Below, piece by piece: positions 1-11,051 of a DNA stretch of 50,414 nt. A program made the position numbers and the translations under genes. This DNA is from Stramenopiles sp. TOSAG23-2 (taxonomy: Eukaryota): NCBI GenBank assembly GCA_900128395.1, contig LT649268.1:1-50414 (forward strand), in the 5' to 3' direction. The notes under the pieces were generated by a model. The model was given only the letters and a program-made list of their open reading frames with translations. It was not told where the DNA came from and searched no databases. Numbering within the stretch: the stretch's first letter is position 1; each line of letters starts with the position of its first letter.

Positions 1-212
1 ATTTTATTTTTAACTATTTATCATTTGAAAAATTACGGTGCAATAATCGCCAATTAGTAGGTGTGTTTTTTAGTATACTAATTTTTAACTGTGTTGTTTG
101 TACTTAGGTATCCGTCTCAGAAATTTTTTTTTTGTTGTTTTTTTTGATGTTTTATTGATAAAGTACACGAAAAATTCAATTATAAATAGTGTTATTTTAA
201 TTGACGAAAATT

Positions 213-238
213 CCGTGCCGAAATGCATTTCGGCACGG
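213..238. repeat. 26-bp perfect palindrome CCGTGCCGAAATG|CATTTCGGCACGG in repeat-like DNA
   Basis: The two 13-nt halves are exact reverse complements; GCGTGTGCCA also occurs twice nearby (248, 311). Confidence 0.9.
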
Positions 239-836
239 CAAAAAAAAGCGTGTGCCACCTATATCTTTTGTGCTAGACACTACCAAATATATTAGCATGG
301 AATTACAGGGGCGTGTGCCATGTAAAAATTATATCCCCACTATGAGATATACTACGAAAGTATATATTAAAATGAAGGAGAGGTATTTTTTTGCATGTAT
401 CATGTATGATAATTTTAGTTTTAAAAATTAATATATTATATATATATATATATATATTAAAATTTAAAAAAAAAATATAAATAAATAAACGTTTTGTAAT
501 AACACATGGTACAGCCTATGATATACTTCATATTTCATTGTTTAGTGCATCCGTTTCATTCAAACTCCATTCTCCACTGTTCAATTTGCTGATTGCCTAT
601 ATCAGCTAATCATTTATTATATTTGTATGATATTACATAATATGTTACTCACGCATGATATATTATATATATAATATACTTGTTCGTACGGTATAATTTT
701 CTCTTACTGATATCAGGTGTTCAATATATTAAATATATAACACTATCATAATATGATATTGCATATATCATTACTTCGTAAAATATAACACACACACACG
801 ACGCGTGTATTTGCGTCTGTGTAAAACTTAGTATGC

Positions 837-867
<31 letters not shown>

Positions 868-943
868 TGATTACTCTCGTAAAAAAAATCAAAAAAATAC
901 AAAATATTACTTTTAATAAAATACACACAGATGCACTAGTTTT

Positions 944-1932
944 TTATACCTCCCCGACGACAACTTTATTGCCAGTACCATCAACAATAACATTTGTTTT
1001 CGGCAACTTCTCAACTCCATCATCAGTTTTTTCTGCTTCTGTTGGTACTACGGTTGCTGTTGCATTCGTATTTGTTGGAGGTGATGGTGTTGTTGTTTCG
1101 ATATTATTTTGTTCTTCTTCTGTTGTTGGTGGTGGTTTTTTGTTATCCTCTACATTAGTTTCTTCTTGTGATGGTGGTGTTGCTTTAGGAGCATCTTCCT
1201 TTGTTTCATCATCGTTGACATTTAACTTTTGTTCTAATTCTTTTTCTAATTCTTGTTCTAATTGTTTTTGTTTCTCTTCCTCGCTTACTTGTATTATTTC
1301 TGGTTGTTTTACACCAAAACATTGTAAAGTTTCATCTGACATTTTATTCATATTAAATAAATCTAAATCGTCTTGAACAAATTTGAAATAATCTTCTTTT
1401 CCGACTTTATCTGTTTTCTGAAATTTTTTTTGCGTAATACTTTCGACTAAATCCTCGTCACTTTCACCTTTTAAACCAGTGCAAATACCCAATGCCCTTG
1501 TAAAACATAAAATTAATATAGTCAGTTCATCATATGATATATTTTTTTTATTACTAAAATCAAAACAATCGAATATTAACCCTGTTTTTTCTTCACGTTT
1601 CGCTTCGCATACTACAATTACCGCTATAAGAAACTCTAATGCATTGATCATACCGGCGCCTCTATCAAATGCTTTTAACACTTTATCCGCTTGCTCGTGA
1701 CTTTTTTCATCGTCACCTAGGAATTCCCCTAATGCTGCTTGGTCTAGACCAAATTCTGTGTATATACGTTAAATGTTAGAATATTAGTTTTCAAATTTTC
1801 AAATTATATATACTTACCATAATCATTTTTTTTATATTTTTTTAAAAGTTCTGTAGCTTGTTTTATATTCCAATCCCGATACATGTCCAATGCATCGGCT
1901 TGATCACGATTTGAACTGATTTCTGCACCCAT
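944..1932 (-). CDS. N-myristoylated EF-hand calcium sensor (calcineurin B/NCS-like), 2 exons (1932-1818, 1755-944), 308 aa
   Basis: MGAEIS myristoylation motif; GTAAGT...CAG intron joins NDY-E-FGLDQ in frame; EF-hand-like FDRGAGMINALEF and FDCFDFSNKKNISYDEL; acidic Pro/Thr tail. Confidence 0.85.
1756..1817 (-). other. 62-nt spliceosomal intron
   Basis: Minus strand reads G|GTAAGTAT...ACACAG|AATTT; removal restores one continuous ORF. Confidence 0.88.
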
Positions 1933-2839
1933 GATGTAGTATGATTGAAAAAGCTGTTTGTTGTTATCTACGTATATATATATCATATATACATCGCTAA
2001 ATATTTATAATAGTATACCTCGTATATAGACTATAATGCTTTATTATTGTTTCATAATATTAGACTACCTGTATTATCCTGTATTAGTATATGATGTTGT
2101 GATTTTTTTAAAAAAACGATGAAGAATGATGATGATGATTTTTTTTTAAATAATTTCAATGGCAATGGTGTGTTCATATAATCAACAATACGGCTTTCAA
2201 AACAATGGATGCTTTTCTACTTCTCTTTCCAACTTGTACTGTAGTATAACTTAAACTTGTTATTGTATTACATTCCTGGCATTTTGTAAAAAAAAAAGGC
2301 TGTAGTATCCTCGTATTAGTTGCTACGTATTCTAAATGCCCTTTCAAGTATATATTGTATATAATGGATCGTAATACGTATAATACTATTTATATATTAT
2401 AAATTATAATGATATAGGAATATTAGATTTTTAAGGTCAATCGGGGGATACCAAGATACCAAGATTCCGTTGAGCTTGATTTTTTTTTGCAGAAATAATT
2501 TATAATTCCTCTCGCTATAAATAAAAAAAATCAGGCCAGGATTAGGATGAAATTTAACACTACACACAATGGGAAAATATTGATGGAAATTTATATATAT
2601 ATTTTATTGATAAAATAAATATATAAAGAAATAAAAACATTGATACAATTGGTTTCTTGTCATATGTATATATATATCTTGTTGTCAACAATATATTATA
2701 TCCAATACGGAACGTTTAATTGATATTATAGTATAGTTACTCGTTTAGGGTTTTTGTGGGTATATATATATATACATATATTTTTAACTTTTTCTTCTAC
2801 AATAACAATATATATATATTATATATATAACACATTATC

Positions 2840-5539
2840 ATGGCTAGTAAATATGCAGTGACGGAGGAGAAAGAAAAGAAAGAACCAGAAGAGGATGATA
2901 AAAACGAGAAAGGTGATGGTGGTTCAGAAGACAGTGATGAAGATGAAACCATGATATTTAAATATACGAAGAAAAATGAAGATGGGAGCTCTGAAATCAT
3001 TGAAGAAGAATGGAGTATGGAGCATGCGAAGATTTTATATTTAATGTCAAAATATGCAAAAGCAGCTTTAGCACCAGAAGATCAAGAAGGTTGGATTCGT
3101 CAAATTCCGTTATTAGTTTTATTATACGAAGGCATTGAAGCAGGTTCGCTGGACTTTGATTACGCACCTTGCTCCATGTTAATATCACAAGGCGGTCGGT
3201 CAAGGCGTGTATGGTTGAATATCACACAAGAAGGCAAAGCTGCTGTCGACGATTTAAGAGAAAAAGAACTTATTAATGGTTTAAAACTTAGTACAGAAGA
3301 TTTTCAACCTGTAACTGCGTTTCAAGTATCTATACGTGGTTTAGGACTTGTGAAACAAATGCCGCAAGATGCAAAAGATTTAGTTGATAAATACACCACT
3401 TCCCCAGCTGGAAATTTGTTGGCAGTAACATTTATTCCACATGAAGATAATAATGAAGGCGAAGATGGTTTGGAAAATGATAGTAAAAATGAAGATGAGG
3501 AAGAAGGGAAAGAAGAGGAGGAAGACGATGATGAGGAAGAAGGTGCAGGGCATTTTGTTATGAAAGATGATCAAAGTGGTTTTGAACGTGAATCTAATGT
3601 AACAGATACAGAAGATGTTTCATACGTATCATCTCCATATTTACCATCATGCGTACGTAATCCAAGAGATCAAAGAGCATTTACAAGCAATGCCCATCGA
3701 AAGCATGAAAGTGCTCAGGGTGCATCGAATATTCGTGATGAATTAGATGAAGCAATTACACTTGCATTTGTCCATGTCATGGTTGGTGAATGGATTCCAT
3801 TTGGTTCAAATCAAATTGTGGCGTTGAATGAACGTTTAGGTGCTATGGATCGTTGTCAAGGTGGTTTATTCACCGCTGTTGTTGATAAAAATCCAACGCA
3901 AACACAATTCGATGTTCCTCCGGGCTTAACCCAAGTAACTATTTTGGATTATGATTTCGTTCGTTTCATTAATTTTGAAGCAGAAATTAATTATCCAGAG
4001 GAAGATGGTATTGTACAAGTAGAAAATTTTGGTATTCATTTAAATGTTGATGGTACTGTTTTATATGGAATGAAAATCGAAGCAATCCTAGATCGGACGG
4101 AAGAAAGTGTCAGTGTAGATCATTTAGCACGTTTATTAGTCGATGTGCATCAAGATTCGTCTCAAATTTTAAATGATTTGTTATCTGCATACCAACGAAG
4201 TTTATTAGATATGTTGTTCATGGGTGATAGTGATCAAAGAGGTAAATTTAATATGTTGATTTCCGAAGGTATCGAACCATTCCAACCTGCTGAGGAATAT
4301 ATGGATCGTGAAGACAAGGAAAATGAGTTAAAGCAAGTCTTAGGAGATTTGCATAAATCGTATGATTTAGGTGAAGATGGTGTTTTAATTGTTGGTCGTG
4401 ATGGTATCCTAGTTGCCGGTGCAAATGCTGGGGATTGCGAAGAGCTTTTGGTATGTTACTTGTCCTTGCTCTGTCGTGAAATGTTTATACGTAATTTTTT
4501 CACCCGTACATTTGTGATGGATGATTTGTTAAAACGTATCCGTACATTGATTTTATCGTATACGGAAGATCCAAATCATATACCAGATATACGATTGAAG
4601 ATTAACGATGCTTCAAGAGATATTATTTTATTGACTGAAATTTTGTCGTATTTATCGGAATCATTGGTTGGAATGAATATGCCGGTAAGGCCAAAAGGAA
4701 AAGTGGAAGGTTCCTTGTATGATAAATTAGCTGTACATCAACAATTGCATGATGTAACATTGCGTGCGACTGATTTGGAAAAATTAGTACATGGTGCTAG
4801 CCATGAATTGAATAATCTACAACAAATGACAGATGTTATCAATACAAAACAATTGGAAGATGTATTTAAAAGTGTAGAAGCTAATACTAAATATTTAGTA
4901 GATGCATCTGCTGCGAATGAACGTGCCTCTGCATCTTTAGAAGTCATGCAAGTTATTTTAGCAGGTAGTTTCGCTTTTGATATCGTTGATCGTGTTTCTG
5001 GCGGAACATTAAATATCACTGTACCAGATTGGGTCAATTCAATTATTGTAGATCCAATTATATCTGTACCATTCTTATGGTTTGCATTAAATATGATGTG
5101 GTTATTATTGGTTTCATATCTTTTATTGAAATTTATGCATTATTTAGGAGAATTAGCAAATGGTGCATTGACATTACGTGTCAAAATCAATAAGAAAATG
5201 GATGTGAAAAAATTTGAAACATATTTACTTGCAAAAACAATTGAAGTGACTGATGCAGTATCTGAGCCACATGGTGATTTGAAAAAAGCAGCATGGAACG
5301 AGGAAGACAAAACGCTTTGGAATGGGGAACCACCAAAATTGGAAGTTCAATATAATCAAACATATGGTTTCTTACTTTCAGTTACCTTCTCGGTAAATAA
5401 ACGCCGCACGAATTTGGATGAAAATGGTTTATTTGAAACATTTATGGAAGAAATGAAATCAAATGGTATACTTGAACGTGAAGAAGAAGATGATAAAGGT
5501 TCTAAAGATGGTGGTGGAGATGATGATGAAAAAAAATAA
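2840..5539 (+). CDS. 899-aa conserved-looking unknown protein with long helical stalk and two C-terminal TM segments
   Basis: Long intronless ORF, complex sequence; coiled coil (LHDVTLRATDLEKLVHGASHELNNLQQM) then hydrophobic VMQVILAGSFAF and PFLWFALNMMWLLLVSYLLL. Confidence 0.8.
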   Translation: MASKYAVTEEKEKKEPEEDDKNEKGDGGSEDSDEDETMIFKYTKKNEDGSSEIIEEEWSMEHAKILYLMSKYAKAALAPEDQEGWIRQIPLLVLLYEGIEAGSLDFDYAPCSMLISQGGRSRRVWLNITQEGKAAVDDLREKELINGLKLSTEDFQPVTAFQVSIRGLGLVKQMPQDAKDLVDKYTTSPAGNLLAVTFIPHEDNNEGEDGLENDSKNEDEEEGKEEEEDDDEEEGAGHFVMKDDQSGFERESNVTDTEDVSYVSSPYLPSCVRNPRDQRAFTSNAHRKHESAQGASNIRDELDEAITLAFVHVMVGEWIPFGSNQIVALNERLGAMDRCQGGLFTAVVDKNPTQTQFDVPPGLTQVTILDYDFVRFINFEAEINYPEEDGIVQVENFGIHLNVDGTVLYGMKIEAILDRTEESVSVDHLARLLVDVHQDSSQILNDLLSAYQRSLLDMLFMGDSDQRGKFNMLISEGIEPFQPAEEYMDREDKENELKQVLGDLHKSYDLGEDGVLIVGRDGILVAGANAGDCEELLVCYLSLLCREMFIRNFFTRTFVMDDLLKRIRTLILSYTEDPNHIPDIRLKINDASRDIILLTEILSYLSESLVGMNMPVRPKGKVEGSLYDKLAVHQQLHDVTLRATDLEKLVHGASHELNNLQQMTDVINTKQLEDVFKSVEANTKYLVDASAANERASASLEVMQVILAGSFAFDIVDRVSGGTLNITVPDWVNSIIVDPIISVPFLWFALNMMWLLLVSYLLLKFMHYLGELANGALTLRVKINKKMDVKKFETYLLAKTIEVTDAVSEPHGDLKKAAWNEEDKTLWNGEPPKLEVQYNQTYGFLLSVTFSVNKRRTNLDENGLFETFMEEMKSNGILEREEEDDKGSKDGGGDDDEKK

Positions 5540-6058
5540 TTTTACGCCACACGGAATATATTTTGTGTGTACATGCGTGTGTGAAAGGACAGAAGTTTGT
5601 GTGAAAGGACAGAAGTATGTGTGTGCAGAGTATGCATACACACTGTTGTGTGTTTTTATATCTTGATATATTATTCGTATTTTAAAAGAAAAAATATTTT
5701 TTATTATGACAGCGTATTCACAGAAATATTGATGGTTAAAATCTACGAATACAAGTTATAATAATTTTACACTTCTCGTGGTTCGTAATATGCTCAATAC
5801 TCAGAGAAAGAAAAAAAAATGTTGTTCTTATTGTTCGAGATTTAGATTTATTTTAGAACATATGGTGTTATTTATTTTTACCTGCACGAACAAACTCTTC
5901 CATCTCCTCTCTTTTTTTTTAATAAAAAGAGCATCATGTGTCCAGGTTCACTTAATAACATAATGTGACGCACACATCAATGTCATTCTCTAAAAAACAC
6001 AAAATTAATTTATTCCATCCATTGCACAATCATCAACATAATATTATTTAAAACACGT

Positions 6059-6535
6059 TCATCTCCTTGCAACCAAATATATCAACCAGCCCATCATTGC
6101 ATATCTTCCCATTGCCCCTAATGGGCGTAATGGGCTCATTCCACCCGCTCCAGGTGATAAATTTTTACGATCGAGTCTCCCTTGCGTTGCAACTGCATAT
6201 ATAAAAATATAAGAAAAAATTACGCTGCCTATTGATGCGCATTTTTCACTGAAAGTTAGTTCCCTCTTTTCCTTATCAGATTTATATTTCAAACACAATA
6301 CTAATAAAGCAAGCATTGGTGCATATTCAGTATTATTTAGTTGTGCACGACTCCATGATCGATAGTAAGGTGAGAGTAAAAAGTTTTTTCCAGCTTCCCC
6401 TGCAGATTTTCCAGCTTTACTAGCTGCACGCATAACTCCCATTTGTTCTGCATTAATTAAAGACATATTAAATGCTAATAATAATTCACTTGCTGCATGT
6501 CCAACTATGGAGAGTGTTCCAAGATCGTTACCCAT
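6059..6535 (-). CDS. MAPEG family membrane protein
   Basis: 158 aa, about 4 hydrophobic helices, RAQLNNTEYAP matches MAPEG RAHxNxxEyxP. Confidence 0.8.
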   Translation of the reverse strand: MGNDLGTLSIVGHAASELLLAFNMSLINAEQMGVMRAASKAGKSAGEAGKNFLLSPYYRSWSRAQLNNTEYAPMLALLVLCLKYKSDKEKRELTFSEKCASIGSVIFSYIFIYAVATQGRLDRKNLSPGAGGMSPLRPLGAMGRYAMMGWLIYLVARR

Positions 6536-6916
6536 GGTATTTATTGTACTTGATTTTATGTGTGTGTGTGTCTATAAGTATTTGAATAGTATGTTTATGT
6601 GTTCAAAAGAATAAAATGTTGTTTGTTGTTTCCATTGTATTCATATTTCTATAATTTCTATTTCTTTTTTGGTACAGGTATTTATATTTATATAATATTG
6701 GGTTTTTATAGGTTTAGGTTAGAACGAAAAGTTTGCCGCCGGTTTTTTTGGTTTTTATTTGGAAAATATAAAAATTAAGGATCGAAGAGTCTCCTCCTTT
6801 TAAATAATATAATATATATAATATAATGTATTGTACCATGTCGTCAACAGAAAAGCACAAAATGAAACAATCTTACCAACAACAATAATAATAATTGATT
6901 ATTAAATATAGAACAA

Positions 6917-8329
6917 ATGTCATCTTTTATGAACCATGATGCACCATTGCCACAACGTAAAATAACAACACGGCGTAAACGAAGAGCTGCTAATACACAA
7001 CAACAACATGATAATAAGAATCAGTTAGTACAAAATAATAATAATAATTTAACATCATCAATTCAAATTAAAAAAAAGCAACAAATTATTATGTCTGATG
7101 TTATTGTAATTGATGGTAGCGTATTAGAAGGTGGTGGGCAGATATATCGCAATGCTATTTGTTTAGGTGCATTGTTAAAGAAATCTGTACGTGTAACAAA
7201 TATTCGAGCGGGTAGAAAAAAGCCAGGTTTAAGAAGACAGCATCTTGTCGGTGCAGAATGTATTCGTGACTTACTTATTGAAAACTCCATTTTAAAAAAT
7301 GGGTATGTAGAATCAACTGATGTATCTTTTTTAATAAAACAAGACAATAGTAGTAGCAATAATAGTAACAGTAATAATCATCGAGAGATAATTGCTGATT
7401 GTGTAACAGCAGGTTCCATCAATTTAATACTACAAGCAGCGCTGCCAGTATTAGAATTTTCGTCAAATAATAATAATATATCAACTACAACAATATGTGT
7501 TAAAGGCGGCTCCACCGTTCCTTTTTCACCACCTTTAGATTTTTATAAATATATTTATTTACCAATATTGCAAAATGAATTTGGTATACAATCTAAAATA
7601 AATATCATAAAAGAAGGATATATGCCTATTGGAAAAGGACAAGTTAATATTTCTAAGAACAACAATGGAGGAGGAAGAGGGTCAAATAATCCAAAGAAGA
7701 TACATCAATTAAAACCAATAACAAAGATAAACTTTGGAACAATTGATTCAATTATTGTATGTACAACTTGTTTTGGTGATGCATGGAATAATAAAAATAA
7801 TAAAAAGAATCAAATGACATTATACAATGAAACCATTCAACGAGTGAAAGATCATTATAATAAACAAGCAAATGTACGTAATAAAACTAAAAGTATTGAA
7901 TTTGTCAATAAATTAAACTTAACGGGATCTTTGAAAGGTAGTGGGATTGCAATACAAATAATAATTAAAACAAATACAAAATGTATTTTAAGTGGCAATT
8001 CATTAATACAACCAAAACGTGTTACAAGTAGTAATATTGGTGTAGATGCTTTCATAAATGCTATGAAAGAAGTTGAGAAAGAAATTCAAGTAAATGCTTG
8101 TGTTGGTGAACATTTATCTGATCAACTATTAATATTTATGTGTTTAGCAAATGGAATATCAAAAATAAGAATCCGAAATATTGATACATATAGCTCGCAA
8201 CATTTAAAGACTGGAATACATGTATTGAAACAATTTTTACCAAATTTACAAATTGATCTAAAGGATTCCAAGGATGATAATGGAAAGACACAAATACTGA
8301 CAGTAGTTGGAATTGGATACGAATATTAA
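6917..8329 (+). CDS. RTCA: RNA 3'-terminal phosphate cyclase (alternative start 7091)
   Basis: IDGSVLEGGGQIYRNA, IRAGRKKPGLRRQH, AGSINLILQ, GYMPIGKG and catalytic EHLSDQLLIFM. Confidence 0.93.
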   Translation: MSSFMNHDAPLPQRKITTRRKRRAANTQQQHDNKNQLVQNNNNNLTSSIQIKKKQQIIMSDVIVIDGSVLEGGGQIYRNAICLGALLKKSVRVTNIRAGRKKPGLRRQHLVGAECIRDLLIENSILKNGYVESTDVSFLIKQDNSSSNNSNSNNHREIIADCVTAGSINLILQAALPVLEFSSNNNNISTTTICVKGGSTVPFSPPLDFYKYIYLPILQNEFGIQSKINIIKEGYMPIGKGQVNISKNNNGGGRGSNNPKKIHQLKPITKINFGTIDSIIVCTTCFGDAWNNKNNKKNQMTLYNETIQRVKDHYNKQANVRNKTKSIEFVNKLNLTGSLKGSGIAIQIIIKTNTKCILSGNSLIQPKRVTSSNIGVDAFINAMKEVEKEIQVNACVGEHLSDQLLIFMCLANGISKIRIRNIDTYSSQHLKTGIHVLKQFLPNLQIDLKDSKDDNGKTQILTVVGIGYEY

Positions 8330-8654
8330 CTGGTGAGGGGGGGGATAAATGAGGGGTTTATTATTTTACGATGAGGAGAAGTTACGTACAAGTAGAAGTG
8401 TGTAATATAGCTGTTTTTAAAAAAATATGAAAAGTATGTTTAAAAATATATTTTATGCCATACGAGTTCGCACACGAATTACGAGAGGTGGTGAAAGCGA
8501 ATCTTTTTTATAAAAGGTGTCGTATTATTCATAATCATACTTCGTATATTTTTACGAACGAGAACCTCTTCTATGATATTATTGATTTTACACTCTGGGC
8601 TATTTGATGTGTGTCTACCGCACATCTACACATAATATATAGTATCCCTTCCTT

Positions 8655-9119
8655 TTATTTATGTGGCGTTTTTTTTGAAGACCAATAATAATCCAAGGTC
8701 CGTTGTGGTCGTTCTATTTGCATTACATCATTCATATTATTTACATTATCATTTACAGTATCATCATCATCTTCATTTTCAATATTCATATGAATATCGT
8801 CGTCATCTTGTTTCTTATTTTCAAAAGCAGCTTGTCCATTTCTCATTAACATATTTAATGTTTTTTCATAAATTGATTTTTCTGATGATTGACCTTTACC
8901 ATGTGTTTTCATCGTTTTTATATTTGAATTATTGAAATGATCTACCCCATGCATATTTACACTATTTTCATCATTATCATAACTATTTTGTCTAGCCGTG
9001 AAACCAGTGAACGGTTGGCGCCTTTTTATAGCACCATATGACCCTTTATGATTCAATAATCTAGGTTTTCCTTTTACCGTTTTAGGTGGGGTATTATCAT
9101 CCATAGCAATCGCTGACAT
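8655..9119 (-). CDS. hypothetical disordered protein, 154 aa
   Basis: ATG ORF preceded by (TA)n and AAAA, host-like codon and Asn/Asp usage; no domain recognised. Confidence 0.65.
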   Translation of the reverse strand: MSAIAMDDNTPPKTVKGKPRLLNHKGSYGAIKRRQPFTGFTARQNSYDNDENSVNMHGVDHFNNSNIKTMKTHGKGQSSEKSIYEKTLNMLMRNGQAAFENKKQDDDDIHMNIENEDDDDTVNDNVNNMNDVMQIERPQRTLDYYWSSKKTPHK

Positions 9120-9541
9120 TTTTTGTTTGGTTGCAACTTTTGTATATATATATATTACTTTTATTATTTATTTAGGCAAAGAGATACATGCTATATATTC
9201 TTGTTATATTATCTTTACATCTATCTATCTATCTACCTCCTACAATACTTTTTCTATTTAATTTCTATATGAAAATAATAATAATTTAAATTGTTGAGGC
9301 CGAAGGAGGAGAAGAAAAAGAGACGACGGATCGGGTGGTTGGTTTAAGGTTATTCCGACAAATTCCCAAATTTACCAGGGATACAAATAGGGTTATAAGG
9401 TTTTATATTATATTGTTAGCGTCGTGTGTTCCGACTATTGTATTATGATTCTAATTTTTTCTTTAATCTCTTGATTGTTGTTATGTTTTTACATCTTGAT
9501 TGATTGCATCTTCAAAATTATTGTCGTCGTTCTTGCTGTTG

Positions 9542-10639
9542 CTAATCGTTGTTCAAATGAAAAACCATTCTCCAAATTTTCATATTTTGTTTATTTTCTC
9601 TTAAATATAATTCCCGTTCTGTTTCACAACCAAATGGATTAGATATTAAATTGGTTGATTCGGTATTTGCTTCGCTACAAGTATGATATTGAGAAGAATT
9701 TTTAGCAAAATATAATTCATTGATTTCCGTCATATTTGCTAAACGAAATTTTTTATTATTTAAAAAACATTCTTTCATATCTAAATGCACTTCCTCATAT
9801 TCTGAAGATACATATACCACTCCATTGATTGGATCTAATACCGTTCCAATTGCTGATACAAGGGAAGGTTGAATAATTCTTTCTAATGTTAATTTTTTTT
9901 TCCCACGCCGTTTCATATTTTTCTTAAATCGAGGATCTGGCATTTGACAACACAATATATTCACTTTACCAGGGTATTTTGATAAGTTTTCTAAAATAAA
10001 TTTAGTATTAAATTCTGAATGTATATAACAAACATTTTTTTCATAACCAAGTGTATTGCGATAATTCATAGCTATATCAACTAAACCTTTTCGTATTTCA
10101 ATGCCGAGAAAATTCATATTATTATTCTTTATTGATATATCATTATTATTATTATTATTATTGATATTACCTTCCCAAGCAAAACGGAGCAAAAATTTTC
10201 CACTGCCACAACCAGCATCAATTACAAGTGGTAAATTTGGATTCTCAAACAATTGTGACCATTTGATAGATGATGTTGTTGTTGTGTCCTTGTTAAGATT
10301 ATTATTATTTGTGGCATTACTATTATTATTATTATTATTATGATATTCTTGTTTTTTTTTCAATTTCTTATCATCAGATAAATTTAACACTTTATATGGG
10401 TTGTATTTGTTTACATTATTTTGGCTTTGTAGTAACTTATTTGCTTTGCTTTCAGCATCAATAATCCTCGTCTCTATAATATTATCTAATTTTTCAATAT
10501 ATGCTTCCCTTTCTTTCTCATTATTACTATTATTATTTATATTATCATATTTTTTCAATTTCTTAATTTTCAACTGTTCTAATTTTTCTCGATATAATTC
10601 TATCTGTTTATTAACATCATCCGCAGTAAAAGTTGCCAT
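9542..10639 (-). CDS. trmB: tRNA (guanine-N7) methyltransferase, TrmB-type
   Basis: VIDAGCGSGKFL SAM motif, NFLGIEIR, MPDPRFKK, NPFGCETERE; likely ATG at 10639 (MATFTADD) after a (TA)n tract, not the TTG at 10777. Confidence 0.88.
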   Translation of the reverse strand: MATFTADDVNKQIELYREKLEQLKIKKLKKYDNINNNSNNEKEREAYIEKLDNIIETRIIDAESKANKLLQSQNNVNKYNPYKVLNLSDDKKLKKKQEYHNNNNNNSNATNNNNLNKDTTTTSSIKWSQLFENPNLPLVIDAGCGSGKFLLRFAWEGNINNNNNNNDISIKNNNMNFLGIEIRKGLVDIAMNYRNTLGYEKNVCYIHSEFNTKFILENLSKYPGKVNILCCQMPDPRFKKNMKRRGKKKLTLERIIQPSLVSAIGTVLDPINGVVYVSSEYEEVHLDMKECFLNNKKFRLANMTEINELYFAKNSSQYHTCSEANTESTNLISNPFGCETERELYLRENKQNMKIWRMVFHLNND

Positions 10640-11051
10640 CTTATATGATGTATATATGCATATATATATGTGTGTGTGTACGGATAATACAATAAATAAT
10701 AATGATGCTACTAAGCCTAAATAAATGGTTGTGATTCTATATTCCTCTCTCACAGTATCTATATTATTATTATTCAATAAATATCACATACAATTTGTTG
10801 AGGGGTTGGCCTTGTGCCACATTGAAAACAACAACAACAAGAACACGTCTACCTTTTGCCATTAAAATATATTATAGCATGGACATACCATTATATCGCA
10901 GTTGTTGTTTTCAATTTACTTAACTTCCAATACCCCGTAACAACATTATATATAATGAAATTAAAGATAGAAAAAAAAGTCTGTAAACATAGAGATATAT
11001 ACCATACATGTTATGTATATATAATATATATATATCATATATAGCGGCAAT

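Noticed and set aside
290..310. ATTAGCATGG resembling U6 snRNA
   Set aside because: No ACAGAGA box or following CCCCTGCGC.
867..1376. Overlapping ORFs such as 867-1376, 12342-12887 and 29349-29768
   Set aside because: Antisense shadows of low-complexity real genes.
6917..10639. RtcA next to TrmB as an RNA repair cluster
   Set aside because: Opposite strands, unrelated gene between, no RtcB; likely chance.
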